A program made the translations under genes and the position numbers. A stretch of 33,044 nucleotides of DNA, taken from Spizellomyces punctatus DAOM BR117. Taxonomy: Eukaryota. Below the pieces are notes generated by a model. That model searched no databases, was not told the DNA's origin, and saw only the letters and a program-made list of their open reading frames with translations. Positions 12,173-23,646 of this stretch are shown here, piece after piece. The stretch lies in the NCBI GenBank assembly GCA_000182565.2, contig KQ257458.1; one strand, 5' to 3'. Within the stretch, counting starts at the first letter, position 1, and each line of letters begins with the position of its first letter.

Positions 12173-12428
12173 TTTTGATGCTACTTTTTTTACATGTAGC
12201 CCTGGGATTTCGTTTTCTTTCTTCATGCATGCCGGCACGGCGAGCGGCGAAAGCGGTAGATATGTACTGTTGACAATCATGATGAACAATAGCATGATTT
12301 CGACCATGCGAATAGTTTTTTAGTTTATCCAAACATTCATAGCAGGAATACACAGCGCATTTCAGACATATGCAGAGTTGATATTCTTTAAAGCCTGTAC
12401 AAGTATCGCAACGCATCGAAACGCGCAT
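12081..12428 (-). CDS. Small Cys/His-rich putative zinc-finger protein
   Basis: CDTC, CLKC, CYEC and HHDC motifs. AT-rich leader before the ATG. The C-terminus runs into the TIR. Confidence 0.5.
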   Translation of the reverse strand: MRVSMRCDTCTGFKEYQLCICLKCAVYSCYECLDKLKNYSHGRNHAIVHHDCQQYISTAFAARRAGMHEERKRNPRATCKKSSIKSGGRCRQGCREENVSRAWYASKVMLRWDEF

Positions 12429-12466
12429 TTTTATTATAATGAGTGGAAGATTATTCAGCGTGCGTT

Positions 12467-12862
12467 TTAAGTACCTTTAGAAGCAATATTCTTCAACTGA
12501 GCATATTCTTTCCCCACATTCATAATGTGGTCATCCATGTCCAATAGAGTTTCCTGATGCTGCAATATGCATTTGCAGATCGCCCTTTTATCTAGCGTAG
12601 GATCCTTGATGACAGGCATTAGGGTTTTCAGGTTTATGGTGATAAGATGCTTTCGATTTCTGAAAAATGCTATAGACGAATAATTTATGAAGCCATTATG
12701 GTTTGTATCAGATAATGTAGGGTCTTGAAATGACAGCGAGAATTGCTTCGTTTGTAGAATATCAGAGAAGTCTTTGATCATGTTTTTGAATGATCCTTGA
12801 TGTAGGTCATCAAACATGGTTATAAAGTCGTCTTTGGTAGACCGTACAGATATGAAATGCAT
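12467..12862 (-). CDS. Hypothetical viral protein (131 aa)
   Basis: ATG-initiated ORF tightly packed and co-oriented with its neighbours. No motif recognised. Confidence 0.5.
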   Translation of the reverse strand: MHFISVRSTKDDFITMFDDLHQGSFKNMIKDFSDILQTKQFSLSFQDPTLSDTNHNGFINYSSIAFFRNRKHLITINLKTLMPVIKDPTLDKRAICKCILQHQETLLDMDDHIMNVGKEYAQLKNIASKGT

Positions 12863-12863
12863 T

Positions 12864-13172
12864 CTATTTGACTCTCATCTCTAAAAAAAACAGCCGTTCG
12901 TTTCTCGAATGACCCAACAATACAAAATTGTTGAGAATAGCGAGATAACCACTACGCTTGAAGCATAATTGGTCGAGTTTCTTCAAGTGGACGATGGAGA
13001 GAATCTCTTGAAAGATATGTTCATTTTCAGGTGTTTGGGGTAAATAGAGAATTACCCTGCTCTTGTCCCCTCTTAACATACTTTCACAAAATTTCCAAAA
13101 TTTATCCATGTCATCCTTTACAGCATCTCTTATATTGAAAACTGAATGACTTTCAATATCCGCGCGTCGCAT
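12864..13172 (-). CDS. Hypothetical viral protein (102 aa)
   Basis: ATG ORF starting 49 nt after the fibre stop. Its stop is 1 nt before the next ATG. Confidence 0.5.
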   Translation of the reverse strand: MRRADIESHSVFNIRDAVKDDMDKFWKFCESMLRGDKSRVILYLPQTPENEHIFQEILSIVHLKKLDQLCFKRSGYLAILNNFVLLGHSRNERLFFLEMRVK

Positions 13173-13221
13173 TCTTATCTTGCATAGCTTCTTTTTTAAA
13201 TGATGGCAGTGCGCGCGTCAT

Positions 13222-16200
13222 CTATTGTCCGAGTTCAGTGATTTTAATGAGGGAAACATCAGTTGTGTTATCGGGAGCAGCCTGACTGATACTAAAATTT
13301 GTGAAGTAAGCAACGTTATCGGCCATCCCTGTAACAATGAATGATGCTGTGATTGTATGATTGACCCCGGAATTAAAGTTAAAGTCGCTCGAGTACACGA
13401 GAGGCATCGACCCAGCGCTTTGGCCGAGAAATATTGACAATGTACCATTTGAGTTTGCTGTGCCATGGAGGTTGACCGTCCACTCCATAAGTACTTTACC
13501 TGGTGTTGAAACATAGAAGACCTTCGAGGCATTGTTGGATTGCCACACGTCTTTAGTCAAAAGTTTGAACACTTGAACATTTCTTAGAAATGTTTGACTG
13601 GAAACCCATGGTTGAGTAGCACAAACCTGACCATTGCTATAGACAGCACCGTTCGAATACAGATTCTCTCCTGCAACAACATGTGCACCAATAGCAACAC
13701 CTCCATTCACCACCAACGCACCTGTTGTACTCGATAAAGCCGGAGTGGTACTTTCAATGATGACATTTCCTGTCGACGATGCAATAGTAATACCCTTCGC
13801 TCCCTGCGCTTGCAATCGCACCGCACCTGCATTGTTCCTGATTGTGAAGGTGTTCACGCCTCCATCCACAGTCCTATTGTTCCCATTCAAAAACATAACA
13901 GCACTCCCTGCGGCATTCTGGAAGTATTGGATTGCGCAACTATTGCTTCCAGGATCAAGGTTTTTAAGAATAATAGCCCGTAACCTGTTAAGTGGCGAAC
14001 CAATAGTTAGATTACCGGACGAGATGAGGTCTCCGGTGTAGGTGTTAACTGAGAATCGGCTATTCCATGTTCCAAAGGTATCACTGGAATAATGACCGAA
14101 TTCATAACGACGTTGGTCTATGCTATCAGACGAGCCGGCGAGGTGAACATGAAGGGCGTCTCCGGAATTGTTATAGCCGATAGTATAATCACCTTTCGTT
14201 GCAGGAGTATCACTTCTCAACTTGAAATATCCACCTGTAGAGGCGGCTATGAGAACTTTTCCTGTAATGTTTCCACCTGAGAAGATACTTTTAGAAACCC
14301 CTATTCCTCCTTTTACCTGTAGAGCCCCACTTGATACGGTTGTTGCCTCGGATGTATCATTAGCAAGAATTGTATTTACCGACAGATTGCTGGTAGGTGT
14401 GAGTAAATCTTGTTTCGATGTTTGCAGTGCTGATATGCTGGGGGCATAGTCAACAATGTTTAAAATACTTCGCACAGCGACGTCATTTGTGAGAGTGAAT
14501 CCTTGGACATCATCTCCCATGAGAAACATATTGCTCATTGGTGACATCGCAGCGAGAGTAGAGAGTAAGGGTGATGCATTTTGCTTCACTGAGAGATCGA
14601 CATTTGTAATGCCTAATAATGTCTTCACCTCTTCAGGAGTTTTCACCGCGAATGTCGTTGCAGAACTCCCTAAAATGAAAGAATTTGCAGATAGTGTGAC
14701 TCCACTAATGGAATCTAGGAGCAGACTCGATGTCTGTTTTGAAGCAATGGCTGCCCCTACATAACTCTCGGTTGCAACTTTCAGATTATTGGAGTACAGA
14801 CTCCCTCCACAGTAGAGATTCTTCGATATTCCAACACCTCCCTTTACTTGGAACGCACCTGTGATTGATGATGAAGCATCTGTGCTTGTATTTACAATGA
14901 CATTCCCAGATGAGAGAATATCTAGTTGAGATGAACTATTTGTTACACCGAATCTCAGGTTCGTATTCCACGCCCTCAGGCAGACGTCGTTAATCTGATC
15001 GTTGAAGAAGGCTTGGCCATTCGAAGATGGGGAGAAGAATGTCATGTCACCAGTATTGACATTTCCACCTATGCTACCCCATCCAAAACCATACCCTGTT
15101 CCTTTCCCACTTGTTACCTTATTACCAACCCACAGAGTCTTCGATATTCCTACACCTCCTAATACCTGTAAAGCCCCTGTTGTTGCAGACGAGGAGTCTG
15201 TAGCAGTCAACACCTTAACTTCGTTTGAAATAGAAACAATCCGCAGACCTAATCCTAGACCAGATTTCCCTTGGATGTTCATGTCTCCACAATCGTTATG
15301 AAGAGTAGCGTTATTTGACGAGCCATCAGCAGTCCTTGTAGAAGAGTTGAGAAAAAGTAAGGCTGCATTTCCGCTATCATTGGAACAACCAATAGCAGTG
15401 TATGCGTTTACGCCAGATGAAATGTTTCTAGATTGCACCCAGTTTGGAGCATCCACAGAGGTGCTACCAATTACATTTCCTCCAGCATACAAGTCCTTGG
15501 CAACACCTAAACCACCACTTACTAGAAGTGCTCCTGTAGTCGAACTAGTCGATTGTGAGGTATTTGTTATCTGTGTAATACCGGTATTAGAAATCTTGAA
15601 CACATAGCCAATGTTGTTATATGAAGAGTTGATTCCGAACCTGCCTGCTGGGTTAGAGCCATCGGCGGTTGAACCTGCAACTCGAATACCCCAAGTCACG
15701 TTTGATGAAGTATTTACCAGTGACATAAAGGTGGGATTGGCGCCATTTTGAACACTCAAATAACCATTTGCAGTAACAGAAGCAAGACTCAGATTTGTTG
15801 ATGTTGTGATACTGGGTTGTTTCCCAGAAAGAAGTGTGTTCACGCTAGCATTTGTAGCAATATCGAGGATGCCTTTCACTTGACTGGAAGTAACATTCTC
15901 GAATGTAGTCCCAGCAGAAGAATAAAGCCAACTGTCTGGCTGCACCATCATCGTGTACAGGCTATTAGTTGTAGCGTTCATAGGCTGCTTCGAGGCGAGT
16001 GCAGAAGTGAGGGAATTGTTGTTATTAGTTACCGTCGTTGTCAATGAAGACAAGGATTGACTTATTGGAGCAGTGTTATCAATTACAAATTTTTGAGAAG
16101 CAACTTCGAGACCTCCGATGTAAGCCATTCCACCGATATACGCATCAGTTGATACTCCTAGGCCTCCACTCACGACCGTATTACCTGATGGGTCAATTCA

Positions 16201-19200
16201 GAATATGTATCCTTTATCTTGGTATGACGAGTAAAAGCCTAATGCTCCAGAAATTAGGTTTCCATTCGATGAACCAGCCACATGGATATTCCATGTCTGT
16301 GCAGCGCTAGAATTTCCTAGTGTGATTGCCGTAGCATTGGTGTTTGAATTCTGTACCGTTAGACCGCTAAGGTTAAGGACACTCGCTGGTGTAATCAACG
16401 GCTGATATGCGCTGAGGATTTCATCTTTAGGTACAATCCGGAAAAAACCACCATTTCCACCCATCAAAAAAGTGCCATCAGTCGGGGTCAGACTACTGAT
16501 ATTGTCGAGCAAAGGAGATAAGTTTTGCTTCGATGCTAATCCAGTCATAACGAATGTTTCCGTTGCTACTTTCATATTGGTGGAGGCATAGATATTACCA
16601 CCAATGAATATGTCCTTTGCAATACCGACACCACCAGGACAAACTAGGGCACCCGTTGTTGAAGATGTTGATACTGTTGTGCTATCCAGTGTAACAATTC
16701 CAGTGTTTGCCTGTATTGTTAGTCCTCTAGCGGTCTGTGCTTGGAGCCGAAGATTTCCAATATCGTTTCTCAATGTCATTGTGTTTTGCCCTCCATCGAC
16801 ACTCCGGTTGTTTCCGTTCAAAAACATCACTCCAGACCCTCCTGAGGCCGTAAGACAAAGAATACTACATGCGTTTCCTCCTGTATTAGTATTGCTCAAA
16901 ACGAGATAACGTAAACTGTTTACAGAAGAGGCTCCAACTGTTAGGTCGCCCCCTACAGCACATGAACCATTTGTGTCCACTCTTAGACCTAGAGTAGGCG
17001 TGCTAGATGTCCTAGGATATATGAACATGGGTAAATCCTGAGCACCGAGCCATGTTGAAGCACCGGGGTTGTATCCTAAGAATCCTGTTCCATCGAGCCC
17101 GAACCATGAACTCTTAGTTCCATCGAATGTTGAATATGTCGTGACCGATGAAGTGCCTGTCATAGATGGAGAAATATTCAATCTGGTTCCACTGATTACT
17201 TTACCACCGATATTACCACTGAATGTCACATTATTCGAAGTTAATGCCGTTATCTGGCTTCCAACCCAAGGTTTGATGACTTCGGTATCATAATCCCTTA
17301 GCATAGAGAGGTTAATTGCTTGCTGAGGGTATTCGTATTTGATGCCTCAATAACATGAAGGCGTATCAAACAAGAGACGAGTACAACCTCCTATGGGATC
17401 AGAAGCAATTGTGACATTGCTCCCGGGTTCAAGTGGTGGCATGAAGGTAACAGGGTCTATTGGTTCATAAACGGGGTTTCCATCGCCATCGAGTATAGGT
17501 TGGCCTTCCGCATCTCGTTGAACCTTACGTTTGCATGACCCTCCGAAAATCATTCCCCAAGGGAACGTTGAGACGATTGGGAGGATGGAGTTTACAGCCA
17601 TAGGGACTGTCAAGGGTGGGGAGACCATCGCTGGAAAAGGTACGGTTGATAATGGAGTTGCTCCGGACAAAATAACAGTGTTGCCTGATGGAACATCCAT
17701 TTTTAACACTTCTGCGGTATCACTCTGTTCAGTATTATCGGTATCCCTTTGCTTTGATAATGGCATAGGGTCAATGAGGGTAAAGTTATAAAGTGGATAC
17801 GAACCTGTAATGATGAGATTTGGACTGTTACTTACGAATTGAGGAGGAATCATGTTATACTGAATCATATTTCCAACAACAATAATACTTCCATATGAGT
17901 TGGTACTGCCCACATAATTACCTCTTAAGGTATCGCCTACGCGAAGAATAGTATCGCTTCCTGAAATCGAACATGAAATCAAATCACCGCTAACTTGCAC
18001 TCCATTGATACCTCTTAGGTTTGTTGACAAAATCGCACCATTTTTTTGCAGTCCAATTCCCGCAGCGATGTTTGAACTCAGAACACCATTGTTTAGAGTA
18101 AGATCGGGTGACTGTGCTGTTAAACTCAGTCTGAAGTCGTTCCCCGTCCTGGTTACCCCTTGGGAGGCTGTGAAGGTATCCCGTATGGTTCCCCTGTTGA
18201 CCATAGCCAAACCTGAATTAGCATCAACTTTTAGATCGAGTTGAAGGTCATTCTGTACTCTCTCAATACCATTGCTGCAAGTCAGTACATCTTTAATGGT
18301 ATCTGCTTTGACCATTTGGAGACAACTGCCAGCCTCGCATTTAAGAGATAATACCACATCATTGGTCGTTCCAGGTCGAATAGATACGCCATTAAAGTCC
18401 TGAAAAATGTACCCACCTGTGAGTGCATTTCCAACAATTCTGATGGTCTGATTATCGACCAAACAGCCTATCTCTCGACGTCCGTTAAACTCGGGTCCCA
18501 CTGCAAGCACTCCTGTTTGAGAGCCTTGATAAAATTGGGAAAGATAGTCTTTACTCACTGCATATGAGCCACCTCCAATAGCAGGAAATACTCCAGTTAA
18601 TTTGACATTTGGTACACACAACTCCTGAAGCGTGGACGAATAAGTGAATGAAGAACTTCCCGAGTAGCCATAAGTAAGGTTCCCATACAGGATTTGTTCA
18701 TAGCCAGGTGATCGTAATGAAAGTTTCGATCCCGCTTGACTGAATGTAGAAGAATCGACCATTAAGCGAATTGCTGTGGTGTCTACTTCTCCTAACACAT
18801 CAGTCATTTCGGTCAAACTATTGAATCCAAAGTCGAGCCATGAAGACCCGATGTCTAACAGCATATCCGCACCTGAACTCGATTTCAGAGCGCCAAATGC
18901 TTTTAGTACCGACTGAATGTTAGTTTCCAATTCGTCATTATTGTTCACCTTTAGACTTTTATGAAGTTTGATTCCAAGGCCGCTCTGGTCACGATACAAC
19001 GGCTTTTTCAGCATCTCAGGATCAGGAAAATTAACCGATAGACCGTTTTCAGTTATAAGCAAAGTATCATCTGCTTGTAAACCAACCGTATGTGATTCGG
19101 CATCCCTGTAGAGTGGAAAATCATAGTTATAAGGTATGACTGTTAATTTTCCACCCCCAACTTTTAGTTCATCATCATCAATGTTTAGGCTTACTGTTCG

Positions 19201-19554
19201 TGAGTTGGGAGCCCTATAGAGAGGTTGCAGGAGTGTCTCTGGTTTAACAGATAAGCCGTCTTCTGTTATAAGCAGAGTATCGTCTGTTACAAGCCTGACA
19301 TCATGTTCATCATTAATTAATGGAAAAACATAAGTTGTCTCGGCAAGAGAGATGGTATATTTACCTTTATTTTTCTGAATGGAGAGACTGGGCGTTTGAC
19401 TATCCAAATCGAGTATAGTGACTATACCATCTTTATTTCGTAGGCTCTCTCCATAGATAGAATTGGCTTTAACTTTTCCGGACTTGAAATTATCTAGGAC
19501 TTCTAAATTTCTTCGAACCGTATATGTGCCTTGAATGCTATTAGGCAAAGGCAT
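13222..19554 (-). pseudogene. Giant fibre/spike-like virion protein (~2110 aa) broken by two in-frame TGA (17347-17349, 16198-16200)
   Basis: The 735, 368 and 983 aa ORFs share one frame, separated only by single TGA codons. Contains beta-spiral-like repeats (PLYR..L.L..D.L.I..GLSV), six TGALxVxGGxG repeats and three FLN..R..DG..N..TLRN modules. Rich in S/T/G/N. Confidence 0.8.
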
Positions 19555-19612
19555 CTTCTTATTCCTTTATATCATCATAGCTTAGAAAATGAATTGCATG
19601 CCGACATTTGGT

Positions 19613-20464
19613 CTATACAATCTCATCAAAGACGGGATATGGCTCTGCGCCGGGATCCCTGCCGGGATAGGCCACTCCGTGCCCGGCATGCCTGCCGGGA
19701 TATGGCTCTGCGCCGGGATCCCTGCCGGGATTGGCCACTCCGTGCCCGGCATGCCTGCCGGGATATGGCTCTGCGCCGGGATCCCTGCCGGGATTGGCCA
19801 CTCCATGCCCGGCATACTCATGTCCATTTTTAAAACGGACTACATCTGCGCGAGTGGGATGAACAGGGCGAGTTCTCTTTCTCTTGATGACTTTAAGAAC
19901 CTCATAATCATCATCATCTGAAGAATCATCTGACGATTCCTCAACTACAATCTGCCGTCTTTTTTTCGGTATTGGCATTTTAATTCACTTCGCTTTAGTC
20001 TTGTGACTTTGTAAGTCCTTCATATAGTTGCGGAGCCTAGCCTCGACACATTTTTCCTGTTCCACTCTAAGGGCTTCGGCCTTAGCAAGAATCCGTTCAT
20101 CCTCTTTTCTCTTCTTTTCTAGTTCTCTCTCTTCTTTTCTCTTGGCGGCAAGTTCTCGTCTAACCTGAAGAGCCTTTTCTTGGCTTTTTTCTAAATGTGC
20201 TCGCTGCTTCTCTGATGCAGTATGTTTTTTGGGAGCGCTGGTATTGACCTCTCCGGGATTGGCCGCTCCGCGCCCGGCATGCCTGCCGGCATTTGGCTCT
20301 GCGCCGGCATATTTGTTTACAAGTTCTTGAACATAGTCTTGATGATCATCGTCATTAGTTTCATCATCATCATTCAAACTTTGTTCTTCATCTGTAATGT
20401 CCTGGTCAGGTATGCCTGCCGGCATTTGGCTCTGCGCCGGCATAGATTCCTTTTTTTTAGGCAT
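19613..20464 (-). pseudogene. Charged coiled-coil viral protein (~283 aa) with one in-frame TGA at 19985-19987
   Basis: The MPKKKES ORF continues in frame (AAG TGA ATT AAA ATG) into the 121-aa ORF. Contains an acidic tract, a SEKQRAHLEK coiled coil, a KKRRQIVVEESSDD segment and a 21-aa repeat. Confidence 0.65.
19633..19815. repeat. GC-rich 63-bp tandem repeat x2.9
   Basis: Units start at 19633, 19696 and 19759. Related dispersed copies occur elsewhere in the element. Confidence 0.95.
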
Positions 20465-20504
20465 TTTAGCTTTGTAAATAGAAAATAAAAAAACCCAAAT
20501 ATGC

Positions 20505-21482
20505 TTAGCGAGGTTCTTTTGTCCATGATGATGGTACCTTATAAGAATTACTCGCCCACTCTTTCTTAAGTTCCTTGTGTACCTTACCATTTTTTCTAAT
20601 CCAATTACCGGTTCTTGGATTGTAAACTTCCTGCAAGGATGAATCTCTCGGGTTTCTTCTCTCATGAAGCCTTGGCGATGGCTGCATTGTTGTGAAGTCA
20701 AATGCAGTTGATGATGGAGATGGTGATGCATCCATCGGCGTTAGTGATGGTAAGCCTGAGGTTGGTGATTCAGATCGCCTATGTAGAACTAATTGTGTAG
20801 GTGGCATGCCTCCTTCCTCATAAAAGATGTTCTCAGACAAAGCAGGAGTAGGTCGTATCACGCCACGTTGCATGTTGTATTCATCTCTTGAGGCAGAAAT
20901 GTCTGTGCCCCGCGTTCCTAAGCCAGTTGTTTCTAGCAAACTCTCCCCAGGATTGTGAATACCATGTGAAGAGTGGAAATGCTGTATGTCAGCCAATTCC
21001 TTACGTTTTTCCTCTTTTATAAACTCTTCATAACCTTCGTGCATTCGTCGGATGCATGCAATCAAATCTATGTCATTTTTGTATCCATCGCGACCATGGA
21101 TTATCGGATACCGAGTCTCTTGATTAGATTTGGGATGGTAATCAACTGAACGCCCAGAAGCCATCCGTTTGAGTTCTGCATCTGAAACAACTGGCCGAAA
21201 GGTATCAGGATCCAAAGACCGGCCGTTAGCATCCCTTAGTTCACCGAAGCATCTATTATCAATTTCGATATAGTATGGGTCACTGACAAATTGTGTATCT
21301 ACCTTACCAAATGAATGATACTTGTTTAACAATGGGTGCTTGAAATAGCCTGTAGGTAACTTTGAATCAACCCATTTTCTCTTCTCTCTCCAAAACACAT
21401 CACGTTCGACCTGCTCAGAGTTGTAATCAGTTACATCAGTGTTGCCCTTCTGTAATAGTTTTACCAATTCGGCAACAGACAT
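20505..21482 (-). CDS. Hypothetical viral protein (325 aa) with C-terminal NPxTG (2-cysteine-adaptor-like) motif
   Basis: Long intact ORF ending in EVYNPRTGNWIRKNGKVHKEL. Confidence 0.7.
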   Translation of the reverse strand: MSVAELVKLLQKGNTDVTDYNSEQVERDVFWREKRKWVDSKLPTGYFKHPLLNKYHSFGKVDTQFVSDPYYIEIDNRCFGELRDANGRSLDPDTFRPVVSDAELKRMASGRSVDYHPKSNQETRYPIIHGRDGYKNDIDLIACIRRMHEGYEEFIKEEKRKELADIQHFHSSHGIHNPGESLLETTGLGTRGTDISASRDEYNMQRGVIRPTPALSENIFYEEGGMPPTQLVLHRRSESPTSGLPSLTPMDASPSPSSTAFDFTTMQPSPRLHERRNPRDSSLQEVYNPRTGNWIRKNGKVHKELKKEWASNSYKVPSSWTKEPR

Positions 21483-21532
21483 ATTGTACTATTCTGTATT
21501 TTACTATATTAGTATTATTAAAAAAAAGAAGC

Positions 21533-21790
21533 ATGTCGTCTCAACAAAGGAAGGAATGGATACAAGAGCGTTTGAGGAGGAAGTTGGCTGAAAGGCATGC
21601 CGGGCGCGGAGGACCCGTCAAAGACGATTCCGACTCATTAGGAGTGCCAATGCCGGGCTCAGGCATGACGAATATATACAGTAAGGAAACCATCATTCCA
21701 GACGCTGATGCGAGTGATATTAACTGGAATGAGTATGTTATTATTCCTGAAAATCCTCTTTACATTGATGACTTGAATGAAATCATTTGA
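21533..21790 (+). CDS. Small hypothetical viral protein (85 aa)
   Basis: ATG follows a 50-bp AT-rich spacer, divergent from the ORF starting at 21482. Confidence 0.5.
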   Translation: MSSQQRKEWIQERLRRKLAERHAGRGGPVKDDSDSLGVPMPGSGMTNIYSKETIIPDADASDINWNEYVIIPENPLYIDDLNEII

Positions 21791-21804
21791 CGCTAAAAGT
21801 AGCA

Positions 21805-22122
21805 TTAATACCCCGCTAATTCGACAGGAAGCGATTTCCTTAGCGCTGAATCAAAATTCTGTTGGATCTCATAGGATTGCCCTAGACCTTTATGGAGATC
21901 ATCGATATAACCTCATCCTCGTGAAATTGTCTCTCTTACTTTGATGGGTACAGATTCGTCATGGACTAGAGATTGATGAACCTTTCCATAAATATCTCTG
22001 GCTTGGCCGGCATGGTTTACAAATTGTCAAATTCCATTGTTTACTTTGCTGTAACTGTTCAACGCCCGAAGACCAAAGTTCTTTGCACTTGAGAGAAAGT
22101 TTGCAAATTTTTGACGCAACAT
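21805..22122 (-). pseudogene. Hidden 105-aa amphipathic-helix protein (adenovirus protein VI / Polinton PX-like candidate) with two in-frame TGA
   Basis: Manual translation: MLRQKFANFLSSAKNFGLRALNSYSKVNNGI*QFVNHAGQARDIYGKVHQSLVHDESVPIKVRETISRG*GYIDDLHKGLGQSYEIQQNFDSALRKSLPVELAGY. It fills the gap directly after mCP. Confidence 0.6.
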
Positions 22123-22149
22123 CTTTTACATGTTCCAAATGAAAAAAAA

Positions 22150-22893
22150 TTAATCATCTGCAAAGCCGGAGGAATGACAATCGAGAACCAAAGTGAACCC
22201 TTTGCCCTGTAAATCAATCGGTAATAGCATTTCAGCATCAAGCAAACGGATGTTGATGGTACTAACAAGGCCTGACTCTGTGTCAATGAAGTTGGTATCG
22301 AAATAATTCTGCGCACACAGCACGGTGTCTATTTCCTGGCTTATTGGAATCGATGCTAGAATATTTAGATCATCGGCTCCAGCAACTATAACATCGCTAG
22401 AACATAAGTTTGTCGATGAGACGAGCACCATCTTAACACCTGTCAAATCGATTGGATTCGCGAAAGTTATTGATCTCCCAGGGTCAGATTGCTGCGTCTG
22501 AACTAATCCAAGCAGTTTGCTCGCTGTTGTTTGAGGGTAGAGAACTTTGAATGGTGTTGTACCCGCGGTCACTGTTATTTGACTGTTTATATGATTGTAT
22601 TCTACAGTGTATGCTTGCGTCCCAGTCGAGTTGAATCCAGCAGTCAGTGCATCCACTAAATCATCTGGAGAGTAAGTACCAGGAGGAATAGCAAAAGTCC
22701 TTGCAGCATTACCCATCCCAGCATCATAAAAGGAGACAATATTGTTCTTGTCATTTACTATGTTCCACGAAAGGGGCAAAATGATCGAATTGTATTGAAT
22801 TTTATCACATGCGATGGGTTTGGCTAGAGTCCATTTAGGTTCATTCTTGTTTCTGTTCGTCGCCCTGTTGCTATCGAGAATCAACTTTTTCAT
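22150..22893 (-). CDS. Minor capsid protein (penton, single jelly-roll), 247 aa
   Basis: Motifs LILDS, IPPGTY, KLLGL, ILASIPI and INIRLLD..PIDLQG..FTLVL are typical of PLV/virophage pentons. Adjacent to the ATPase and MCP. Confidence 0.8.
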   Translation of the reverse strand: MKKLILDSNRATNRNKNEPKWTLAKPIACDKIQYNSIILPLSWNIVNDKNNIVSFYDAGMGNAARTFAIPPGTYSPDDLVDALTAGFNSTGTQAYTVEYNHINSQITVTAGTTPFKVLYPQTTASKLLGLVQTQQSDPGRSITFANPIDLTGVKMVLVSSTNLCSSDVIVAGADDLNILASIPISQEIDTVLCAQNYFDTNFIDTESGLVSTINIRLLDAEMLLPIDLQGKGFTLVLDCHSSGFADD

Positions 22894-22940
22894 TTCTTCT
22901 AATGTATTATAGATACAGAGAGCAAATAAAAACAAGTGCA

Positions 22941-23612
22941 ATGAAGCCAATCACAATAGCCCCTTTACCTAGTCAAGTCTCTGGATGCATAAAGGATAAT
23001 ACAGATCCACGGCTTCCTAGAAAGTATGGTTTTATCATATACAATGGCGCTCGATTTAGCGGTAAAACGCTAAACATTGCTGTGATATGCAAATTGTTCT
23101 TGAAGAAGCAGTATTCGAATATCATAATATTCACACCAAATCCGCATGACACCAATTGGAACCCCTTAAGAACGAGCAAAAAGGTTCATATATTTGACAA
23201 GATTTCCAATGAAATACTCAATTTTATACACGAAGAGCAACTTTATGAATTTGTTCGAAGTGGAAGAAAACGAGACCTGCTTCTAATCATAGATGACTAC
23301 AACATGCAAAAGGGACATAAGAAGTCACTCGATGAGTTGGCAACTTGTGGAAGGCATGCTGGTATCACTTGCATCCTGTCGAGTCAATATTTTTATCACA
23401 ATAGTCCCGCTGTACGTAGCAATGCAACAAACTGGATCATTTTTAGACCTTTGAAAAGCGAACTTAAGAAAATGGTCGAAGCAGGCTTATCTCTCGCTTT
23501 ACCTGAAGATGTATTTGAAAAGTTCGTTATGGATAATACAAAGAAACTGTTTCATTTTGTGCACATAAATCTACAAAGTTCGAAACGACCATTTAGAGTT
23601 GGTTTTTCATAA
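22941..23612 (+). CDS. A32/FtsK-like DNA packaging ATPase (223 aa; alternative start at 22902)
   Basis: Walker A GARFSGKT, Walker B LLIIDD, and the GRH..I..ILSSQ and VRSN motifs. Confidence 0.92.
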   Translation: MKPITIAPLPSQVSGCIKDNTDPRLPRKYGFIIYNGARFSGKTLNIAVICKLFLKKQYSNIIIFTPNPHDTNWNPLRTSKKVHIFDKISNEILNFIHEEQLYEFVRSGRKRDLLLIIDDYNMQKGHKKSLDELATCGRHAGITCILSSQYFYHNSPAVRSNATNWIIFRPLKSELKKMVEAGLSLALPEDVFEKFVMDNTKKLFHFVHINLQSSKRPFRVGFS

Positions 23613-23646
23613 CGACTTTTTTTTTTCTAGATGTGTAAAGTAAACC

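Noticed and set aside
12467-13172. Single frameshifted gene joined at the A8 run (12883-12890)
   Set aside because: Both alternative frames contain stops near the junction, so the two ORFs are kept separate.
13745-18244. Plus-strand ORFs opposite the fibre gene, and similar ORFs opposite Gypsy pol and the dehydrogenase
   Set aside because: They are antisense shadows of codon-biased genes and show no motifs.
20465-20731. N-terminal extension (MHHHLHH...) of the 248-aa ORF
   Set aside because: It overlaps the 325-aa gene in another frame. The ATG at 20464 after an AT-rich leader is the more plausible start.
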